A DNA stretch of 64,000 nucleotides from a virus. A program made the translations under genes and the position numbers. The notes beneath the pieces were generated by a model, which had not been told where the DNA came from, did no database searches, and saw only the letters and a list, made by a program, of their open reading frames with translations. Positions 56,988 through 64,000 of the stretch are shown piece by piece (positions within the stretch are counted from its first letter, which is position 1; every line of letters begins with the position of its first letter). The DNA lies in IMG/VR virus record IMGVR_UViG_3300031963_000075, positions 1-64,000 of that record; one strand, 5' to 3'.

Positions 56988-59789
56988 TTCTTCTTCTCCT
57001 AAGAATTTTAACATAAATGGGTCTGCCAATCTATACATATGGAATGGTGATTCACCAACCTTATCCCAAAAAACCATTTCTTCATCTGATATTTGCATCA
57101 CATCTTCCAGTTTGTCTTGGTCTCCCTCCTCAAAAGGTTGTCCATTAATTAACTCACATTGTTCAGTTGTGAAGAAAGGTCTGTCTTCTGGATTTTTAAT
57201 CAATAAAGATTTTCTAACCTCTTGTTTAAAAACAACAAGTAACGGTTCTACTCTTTTGTTAAAAGTCGCAATTGCTCTTTGAATGTTATATTCTCCTAAC
57301 ATATCAGGATTGTTTTCTAAATCTGTTGGGTCTAATCTATAACAATTTAATTGGATTATTGAATCCATGTTATCTTCAGGGTATGTACCATATCCGTCAA
57401 AATAACTATCTAAATGTTCTTGTGTCCATCCTTTTTTAGGTTTGTTAACTTTTTGAACGTCTCCATGTGATGCCTTAGTTCCATTGTTAACGTAATAGAT
57501 AATATCACCAAGATTCACATTTAAGTTTTCTCTGATTGCAAGTTCCATGTGTGCTTGTCTTGACATTAAAGCCCCCGCCTTTGTCTTGGTTTTACTTCTT
57601 GCAATATAATCGTCAATAGATTGTTTGACTTTTGACTTGTTTGCAATTTGAGCCAAAGGAATTTTTTGATCGAATATTCTTTGTAGGTATTCATAATAGT
57701 ATTCTACAAATCCTTTACCATCACCATCAAGTAACATTTTAATCGCTTTATCTAAAAATACCTCAATATACTTTGGCATCTTTTTAGATTTGATTGAGTT
57801 ACCTGTAAGTTTGATTTTACCTTTACCTGTGATAAGGGCGTAGTTCTTTCTTGCTAAGTTAATACAGGCGGGCCACTGTCCATCAGTATCAAGTGCCATT
57901 TCACCTCTCATTGCTAAGTCATTAAACTCCATCACATCAGCTTCTTCACCTACATATTCTTTACCCTCCTTAACTTTCCAATTAAGTCCCTTACCAATGT
58001 ATCTTCTACTTTCTACACCATCGGGAACAGAGAAGTTAATACCATCCGTGTCCATCACAAGTGGAGTATATCCTCTATCCATAAAGAAATGAATCATCAT
58101 TCTTAGATACTGTCTTCCTGTACAAGTAATCATCTCACCTTTATCCATGTCACCCCAATGAAATACTTGTGGTGCAGATAATGAACCAAAGAATGCATTG
58201 ATAAAGATTTTGATTGGTAACTGTTTTCTGTCAAAAGAAAGTGACTTCTTCTTGTCAATACTCGCATATTCCTCAGCCAAATTCTTATACATAATACGGG
58301 TTGTTCTAAAATGTGATAACAAACCTTTCATCGCACCTGTTATATCGCATTCGGGAAATACATCATGAACCAACTGAATAGATGGGTATAGTGAAGAGTA
58401 GTCAAGTTTTAATACGTTCCTTGAATATCCTGTTCTGATTAACCTTGACAAACCACCAACAAAGTTTCTCTTCTCGTTTTTAGCAGGGATTGCAAGTCCA
58501 TGTTTGTAAGACCATGCTAACATCAACATTTTCCATAATGTCGCAGTTCCCATTGTTGAAACTCTTTCATATGTTGTTGGTACAAGTGAGGCGAGAAGAA
58601 AAGTTCCTTGATTGAACTCCTCATCAACAAGTAGGGTTTCCTCCAAGTCATCGTCAAGATATCTCTCTACAATATCGTCACCTGTTGTTTTGATATATAT
58701 GTCATTTCTTCTTTCACAAACCTCATCAATCTTGGTATCAATACCAACTTTTTTATAACCACCATTTTGAATGTTTAACCAATATTCGTTTTTATTAGAA
58801 TACATGGGGGCAATCTTGGTATGGTCAATATAGATACGGTCTTTTGCTTCCGCATCAATAAACTTTGTAATGTACTTAAGTCCCGCTTCTTTGATATTAG
58901 AATTGATTGCTTGTGCTCTACGAACTGAGTGTAGAATATCAATTACGTTATAACCCCACATCTGAACTTGATTATATTTCTCAACTTCATTTGCTAATTT
59001 TAACATTGACTCCTTTTGGGATATTGGTTTGTTTGAATTAAGAGATGTATTAAGTTTTTTGATATCCAAGTTTAGAGCTTTACATCTCTCAAAAATCCAA
59101 TACCAGTCAAAGTTCGCTGAGTTGTAACCTGATATGATTGATGGTTTAATTTCTTCTATTGTCCTGAAAAACTCAACAAGTCCTCTTCTTTCTTCATCTT
59201 CGTCTTTACACTCAATTACTTTAAGAAAACCTTTGTTAGTTTTCATACCTATCATAAATATCCTACCGTCTTTTGGTTCTAAAGCGGTAGTTTCCAAGTC
59301 GAATACAAACCTCGTGATATCGTTGTATTCCTCGAATCCTTTGAATAACCTTTTTTCTTTTGAGATGAGGTATTGTTCTACAGGCGGTAGAACCATTATT
59401 TTATCTTTTGTTTTTTCACCCCAAGGGTCTATTCCTCCGTCTCTAAAAAACTGAATGAGTGTTCTATATCCTTTAAGGGATTTAACCATAAAAGTTAAAC
59501 CCCTTTCTAATCTTTCATTACCATCGGTACGTAACTTCTCAATTACAATACCATATTTAGACATTGCCTCTTTTTGTAATCCTTTAGAATTACTATAAAA
59601 GTTTAAACCACGTAAATCACCAACCCATGCAAATGCAATAAGGTTATCTTTGACAATAGATTTACCTTTGTCAGGGACTTCTTTGATTTTAAAAATTTTG
59701 TCGGATGCGTAATCGTACTCTATTGATACGATGTACTCTTCTGGGTCATTCCCTTCAAGGAACTTTTGAATCTCTTCTTGTGAAATCAT
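56958..59789 (-). CDS. polB: Family B DNA polymerase
   Basis: 943 aa; Exo I FDLET, Exo II GYNSANFD, motif A LDYSSLYPS, motif B KIFINAFFG, motif C MDTDG. Confidence 0.95.
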   Translation of the reverse strand: MISQEEIQKFLEGNDPEEYIVSIEYDYASDKIFKIKEVPDKGKSIVKDNLIAFAWVGDLRGLNFYSNSKGLQKEAMSKYGIVIEKLRTDGNERLERGLTFMVKSLKGYRTLIQFFRDGGIDPWGEKTKDKIMVLPPVEQYLISKEKRLFKGFEEYNDITRFVFDLETTALEPKDGRIFMIGMKTNKGFLKVIECKDEDEERRGLVEFFRTIEEIKPSIISGYNSANFDWYWIFERCKALNLDIKKLNTSLNSNKPISQKESMLKLANEVEKYNQVQMWGYNVIDILHSVRRAQAINSNIKEAGLKYITKFIDAEAKDRIYIDHTKIAPMYSNKNEYWLNIQNGGYKKVGIDTKIDEVCERRNDIYIKTTGDDIVERYLDDDLEETLLVDEEFNQGTFLLASLVPTTYERVSTMGTATLWKMLMLAWSYKHGLAIPAKNEKRNFVGGLSRLIRTGYSRNVLKLDYSSLYPSIQLVHDVFPECDITGAMKGLLSHFRTTRIMYKNLAEEYASIDKKKSLSFDRKQLPIKIFINAFFGSLSAPQVFHWGDMDKGEMITCTGRQYLRMMIHFFMDRGYTPLVMDTDGINFSVPDGVESRRYIGKGLNWKVKEGKEYVGEEADVMEFNDLAMRGEMALDTDGQWPACINLARKNYALITGKGKIKLTGNSIKSKKMPKYIEVFLDKAIKMLLDGDGKGFVEYYYEYLQRIFDQKIPLAQIANKSKVKQSIDDYIARSKTKTKAGALMSRQAHMELAIRENLNVNLGDIIYYVNNGTKASHGDVQKVNKPKKGWTQEHLDSYFDGYGTYPEDNMDSIIQLNCYRLDPTDLENNPDMLGEYNIQRAIATFNKRVEPLLVVFKQEVRKSLLIKNPEDRPFFTTEQCELINGQPFEEGDQDKLEDVMQISDEEMVFWDKVGESPFHMYRLADPFMLKFLGEEELRHFETVGG

Positions 59790-59812
59790 ATATTTTATTT
59801 TGGTGTATTTGC

Positions 59813-59830
59813 TGTCGAGTTAGGTCGACA
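59813..59830 (-). promoter_or_regulatory. Hairpin in the polB 5' leader (candidate translational operator)
   Basis: Minus strand TGTCGA-CCTAAC-TCGACA, 23 nt upstream of the ATG. Confidence 0.45.
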
Positions 59831-59845
59831 TTTACCTTCAAATAA

Positions 59846-59874
59846 AATATAGGAGTAAAAATTACTCTTATCAA
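59846..59874 (-). promoter_or_regulatory. Sigma70-like polB promoter with palindromic spacer
   Basis: Minus strand TTGATA-N17-TATATT; spacer contains GAGTAA-N3-TTACTC. Confidence 0.55.
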
Positions 59875-60512
59875 CTGAGATTTTGAAAATGTTTAGCTAT
59901 TCTTTTACTGAGTCTTACTCTTGGGTCATCTTCAGTCCTCCCAACCACATTATATGGTACTATAAATCCAAAACTTAAGAATACCCTTCTTGAATTGAAC
60001 TCGTTTGTCCAATGTTTATAGAGTGAAGCTTCAAAACCATATAAATCGGTTTCTTCAATGTGGATAGATTCTTTGTCAACAAAAAAATTATAATTGTCAG
60101 ATAAAACACTTATATTACATTTATAGTTTATGTAACCGTCAAGTGATGCGTCATAATGTGGATTTATTTTTCCACCTTTACTCATATCAACCGCTTGTAA
60201 AAAAATGTTATCTTTTGGAAAATTAAATTCTTCAGAAATTTTATTTATTAAATTATATATAAAATTAGGTAGATGTTCTTTTGAAACATCGGATATTGAT
60301 TGAAATTTTGTAATATAATTTGTTAAAGGTGTATTGGAAATGTCAAACATAAAAGATTTACCATTAAGCGTTTTGGATAATTCTGTTAGGTGGTGATTAC
60401 TATTGTTACCACTATGATTAACAGAATCAATCCATTTTACTATTTGGTCTACTTCATCTTTTGAGATGAATTTTTTTTTTATCTTACAGGTTTCCAATTC
60501 CGTATTTTCCAA
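59871..60512 (-). CDS. 2OG-Fe(II) oxygenase
   Basis: 213 aa; INPHYD (HxD), YKHWT (distal His), RVFLSF (2OG-binding Arg). Confidence 0.75.
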   Translation of the reverse strand: MENTELETCKIKKKFISKDEVDQIVKWIDSVNHSGNNSNHHLTELSKTLNGKSFMFDISNTPLTNYITKFQSISDVSKEHLPNFIYNLINKISEEFNFPKDNIFLQAVDMSKGGKINPHYDASLDGYINYKCNISVLSDNYNFFVDKESIHIEETDLYGFEASLYKHWTNEFNSRRVFLSFGFIVPYNVVGRTEDDPRVRLSKRIAKHFQNLS

Positions 60513-60750
60513 TTTTTTTTAAATTATGTTTTTCCAAAAACTCTTTTGGGTTCATTACTTCAATAATTGTTAATTCAGCAGAATCCATAAGTTGTTTTGC
60601 CTTTTCTTCAGGAACTGCCATAACACACAATTTATGAGTTGCTGGTAATTCTCCTGTTGGTGATAAATCTATTTTTAAGATATTATCATTTTTCATTTTT
60701 TCTCTTGCTTGAAGAACTTTGCTTTCTTCACATAATATACAGATTCTCAT
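60484..60750 (-). CDS. Hypothetical protein
   Basis: 88 aa; LSPTGELPATH; overlaps the oxygenase start. Confidence 0.6.
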   Translation of the reverse strand: MRICILCEESKVLQAREKMKNDNILKIDLSPTGELPATHKLCVMAVPEEKAKQLMDSAELTIIEVMNPKEFLEKHNLKKIGKYGIGNL

Positions 60751-60770
60751 GTTTTGAATTTCTTATACGT

Positions 60771-63206
60771 TTATATAGTTATGTTGATGGTATCCGAACT
60801 ATCATAATAGGACAACCTTTTACTTCCACCCTGTCTCTCAAAAATTTGACAAGTATATGACTCATAAACTGATGGGTTAGAACTTACACCCGTTACTGTA
60901 ATAACAACATCATCATCAACATCCGTACCTCCTATTTGTGTTCCAAGTATTGTTATGGTATCACCTGTTTGATATAATTTGCCTTGTGTATTACCACTAA
61001 CACCAACTACAGATCCTCCTGAAACCTCAATATCAAAAGATGCATTTACACCAATACCGTTTGTTACACCAGTTAATGACGTGTATGTACTATTTATTGC
61101 GGTAGTTCCTGTTGCAGTAAATGAAAATCCTGTGATGTTTCCATAATTGGTTGTAAAATCAACTGTAGTGATAAATGTGTCTATAATATTCCATTGAAAA
61201 TTGTTACCTATTGTATTTTCATTAAAATCATTACCTATTGTATTTTCATTAAAATTTTCACCTATTGTATTTCCAGCAAATTCATTACCTATTGTATTTC
61301 TACTAAAATCAGGTCCTATTGTATTAGTATTAAACGCGGAACCCCAAATGTTATTACTAACATAACCTAAAAAGTCATTATTAAAAGTATATGAACCAAT
61401 ATTATTACCATAAGTACCTCCTGAAAACTGATTACCACCAACAAAAGAATCAACATTGTTTTCTTCAAATGACAGAAGCATCATATTACCTTTAAATTCA
61501 TTTGATATTTTGTTGTGATTGAAATTATCATAAATTGTATTATTTTCAAATGTATTACCGATAACATTATTAGTGGTTTGTCCACTTATGTCGTTATTAA
61601 AAAACGAAACACCAACGTTATTTTTATAAAAATCTTGAGTTATTATATTGTTGTTGAAATTGGTACCTATTTTATTTTCATTAAATGCGCTAATACCAAT
61701 GTTATTAATATCCCCTAGTGTGTTATTATTAAAATTATCACCAACTGTATTACTCTCAAACGAACTATATATATTATTACTGAAGAAACTAGGTCCGATT
61801 ATATTAACAATAAAATCTGAATATACTTTATTAATAAAAAACGATTCTCCGATTATATTATTTGTAAAATTATTAGTGTCTAATAAATTTTCATAAAAAC
61901 TACCAACAATTTGGTTATTCTCAAATCCTGAATCAATTATATTATTATAAAAGTCACTACCAATATTATTGTTTATAAAGCCATCTTGTGACATTGTTAT
62001 AAAGTTAGACGAAAAGTTTACACCAATTCTATTATTGTCAAAATCAAACCCATCATCATCCCCAATCATATTATCTTGAAATCTCTCCCCAATCAAATTA
62101 CCATCCATATCACAGTCGATAATATTTCTTTGGAAGTCCGTCCCGACTGTATTATCGTCAAAATCATTTGTAATAATATTATACTTAAAATTTGAACCAC
62201 AAATATTTGAATCCATGTCTTCGTTAAATGTATTACCTTCAACACCTCCACCAAAATAGTTATTTCTATAAGTTCCTGATAAAAATACATTGTTGGATAG
62301 TAAAAATGTGTTGTAATTATTAAAATTACCCAAATAAGTATTTAAATTTAAATTATTATTAAAAGTATAATATTCTGAAAACCCTGTATATCCAGAACTT
62401 ATAACGTTACATTGGAATGGACTCATATGTTGAGGTAAAGATATACCTCTTGAATAATATGTGTCGGATATGGTAGGTATTGTAGTTCCTGTGACATACA
62501 TTTCGGTATCACTTGTTATACTTGTAATTTCAAAATACCCAAAAGAACCAATCGGAAATTGACCAAAATTATTGTAAACTCCTAAAATGTCTCCAACAAC
62601 AAAGTCACTGTTAAAAAAAGTTGTAAACCCTGTAACAAGTCCTGTTGGGTCAATAGTAATACTACCATCTAGTAATTGTTCAGAAAAAAAACCTTCGTAT
62701 CTTATAAATTGAACTGCTCTGAAATCATAATCGGCTCTGTTATTTTTTTCATCAATTCTTTCTGTAATCCTACCCTTCGCAGGACTTGATGTGACCTCAG
62801 TTGTATTCCAATTTATATCATAAGTAATTTTATCTTGTGGGTATAATGTTGAATATACAGTTGGTGAAAATCCTGTTGTTGAAGTTGCTAATAATAACAA
62901 TGGTTCAGTATTACCCGTTTTATAGTTACCTGTCACAATTGGGTCACCAACATTATTGAAATTAGGTTGGTCGTAACAAGTTTGAAAATCGGTCATTAAA
63001 TAATAACCGCCAGGTGTTAAAGTTCCTCCAGTATATAAAGAATATAACTCATCGTAAGTTACTTCTTCATAAGTTCCTCCACCTGTTGATAAACCTGAAT
63101 AAGGAATATGAAAAGTGAAACCACTTTGTTCGATTGGAAATAACGAATTACTTGTTATTCCTGTTGATAGTGCTAATTCTCCTATTGTTTTTCCTGAAAG
63201 TATCAT
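60771..63206 (-). CDS. Beta-helix tail fibre/spike-like protein
   Basis: 811 aa; long run of 9 aa NxIGxxFxx repeats; YYLMTDFQT and KGRITERID...YDFR phage fibre motifs. Confidence 0.7.
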   Translation of the reverse strand: MILSGKTIGELALSTGITSNSLFPIEQSGFTFHIPYSGLSTGGGTYEEVTYDELYSLYTGGTLTPGGYYLMTDFQTCYDQPNFNNVGDPIVTGNYKTGNTEPLLLLATSTTGFSPTVYSTLYPQDKITYDINWNTTEVTSSPAKGRITERIDEKNNRADYDFRAVQFIRYEGFFSEQLLDGSITIDPTGLVTGFTTFFNSDFVVGDILGVYNNFGQFPIGSFGYFEITSITSDTEMYVTGTTIPTISDTYYSRGISLPQHMSPFQCNVISSGYTGFSEYYTFNNNLNLNTYLGNFNNYNTFLLSNNVFLSGTYRNNYFGGGVEGNTFNEDMDSNICGSNFKYNIITNDFDDNTVGTDFQRNIIDCDMDGNLIGERFQDNMIGDDDGFDFDNNRIGVNFSSNFITMSQDGFINNNIGSDFYNNIIDSGFENNQIVGSFYENLLDTNNFTNNIIGESFFINKVYSDFIVNIIGPSFFSNNIYSSFESNTVGDNFNNNTLGDINNIGISAFNENKIGTNFNNNIITQDFYKNNVGVSFFNNDISGQTTNNVIGNTFENNTIYDNFNHNKISNEFKGNMMLLSFEENNVDSFVGGNQFSGGTYGNNIGSYTFNNDFLGYVSNNIWGSAFNTNTIGPDFSRNTIGNEFAGNTIGENFNENTIGNDFNENTIGNNFQWNIIDTFITTVDFTTNYGNITGFSFTATGTTAINSTYTSLTGVTNGIGVNASFDIEVSGGSVVGVSGNTQGKLYQTGDTITILGTQIGGTDVDDDVVITVTGVSSNPSVYESYTCQIFERQGGSKRLSYYDSSDTINITI
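61204..61338 (-). repeat. 27 bp imperfect tandem repeat (about 5 units, NTIGxxFxx)
   Basis: cctattgtatt core recurs every 27 bp, with units starting at 61204, 61231, 61258, 61285 and 61312. Confidence 0.75.
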
Positions 63207-63269
63207 TTTTTTGTTTTTTTATATAAATATCATATTTTGTTTATTAATTAAGTTAAGATGTTACATCGT

Positions 63270-64000
63270 TTAGGTTGGTGTTGGAGTTGGTGTTGGAGTG
63301 GGTTCTTGTTCAAATTGTAGTTCGTTAACTAAAATATTTAATGGAAAATCAATGTCAATAGGTTGGATGAACACTTCTCCCGTTTTGGTTAACAAACTAT
63401 AATTTAAAGCAGGATTAGTAGAAATTGTTTGACCTGATGTCTCATTTTTTGGTATTATTACTGTTGACCCTATTGTTATATCCCCACCACCAATTAAATC
63501 TAAATTAACACTTATTGGTAATGAGACGTTTTTATTGATAGGGATATTTGAATTTACAGTAAAATAAGTAACAACTGAACCACTTGAGACATAAATACTT
63601 ACGGTATATATAATTTCTGGATCTTTATATTCCAAATAAGAATTGTTTTCCACATCAATGTATTCATGATTTTCGGTTATAATTGGGTTAATTAATACTT
63701 CAAACGTTGGTGTAACTGTAGGTGTTGGTGTAACTGTAGGTGTTGGTGTAACTGTAGGTGTTGGTGTAACTGTAGGTGTTGGTGTAACTGTAGGTGTTGG
63801 TGTAACTGTAGGTGTTGGTGTAACTGTAGGTGTTGGTGTAACTGTAGGTGTTGGTGTTGGGGTTATAGAGTAGATTTCATTTATAGTATATGTTAAATAA
63901 TTTGGACTAAATAGTATGTTAGAAAAAACATCATTTCTTGTAAGATTATTGTAATCCACATCTAAAATAACTTGTGTTGTCCCCGAAATATCTTGTAAAT
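63270..64000 (-). CDS. Pro/Thr-repeat structural protein, 5'-truncated by the window end
   Basis: Frame stays open upstream of the GTG at 63959 to the window edge (LQDISGTTQVILDVDY...); (TVTPTP)n tract. Confidence 0.7.
   Translation of the reverse strand, partial: LQDISGTTQVILDVDYNNLTRNDVFSNILFSPNYLTYTINEIYSITPTPTPTVTPTPTVTPTPTVTPTPTVTPTPTVTPTPTVTPTPTVTPTPTVTPTFEVLINPIITENHEYIDVENNSYLEYKDPEIIYTVSIYVSSGSVVTYFTVNSNIPINKNVSLPISVNLDLIGGGDITIGSTVIIPKNETSGQTISTNPALNYSLLTKTGEVFIQPIDIDFPLNILVNELQFEQEPTPTPTPTPT
63706..63857. repeat. Perfect 18 bp tandem repeat (GGTGTTGGTGTAACTGTA), 7 full units plus partial flanks
   Basis: Directly visible at 63721-63846; encodes TVTPTP. Confidence 0.95.

Noticed and set aside
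60771-63206. Asn-rich repeats as a diversity-generating retroelement target or template
   Set aside because: No reverse transcriptase and no TR/VR pair differing at adenines was seen in the window; a beta-helix explains the repeats
63706-63857. Tandem repeat as a possible CRISPR array
   Set aside because: No spacers; the 18 bp in-frame units encode a Pro/Thr linker; no cas genes
1-64000. tRNA, rRNA, integrase or transposase genes
   Set aside because: None recognised; intergenic gaps are short and mostly explained by promoters and terminators, though a covariance-model scan was not run

Overview
AT-rich (roughly 30% GC by eye), densely coding 64 kb segment of a large contractile-tailed dsDNA phage with distant T4-like modules. 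It uses the standard genetic code and is mostly on the minus strand. It carries neck, tail sheath, tail tube, tape-measure and baseplate genes, and several Cys/Thr-rich fibre- or adhesin-like proteins (SprB repeats, PKD, beta-helix). A replication operon (gp32-like SSB, RecA/UvsX, 5'-3' exonuclease, DnaB, class II RNR, DUF5522) is embedded in the baseplate cluster. It also encodes a family B DNA polymerase, an SNF2 helicase and accessory enzymes (zincin-SOD fusion, HAD phosphatase, 2OG-Fe(II) oxygenase). A Bacteroidota host is suggested by the SprB repeats and absent Shine-Dalgarno motifs, but not proven. No capsid, portal, terminase, tRNA or CRISPR was seen. The main findings are: (1) a hidden +1/-2 frameshift extension of the chaperone gene upstream of the tape measure; (2) a strong [S/T]-G-x-[S/T] motif in virion proteins but not enzymes, a candidate modification sequon; (3) a shared I/L-x-E leader in accessory proteins, suggesting a capsid cargo-loading and processing system; (4) two promoter classes, including a sense-strand TATTTAT motif that is the reverse complement of the T4 late promoter; (5) operator and hairpin elements at the polymerase gene. 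All assignments come from manual motif recognition; no database searches were run.
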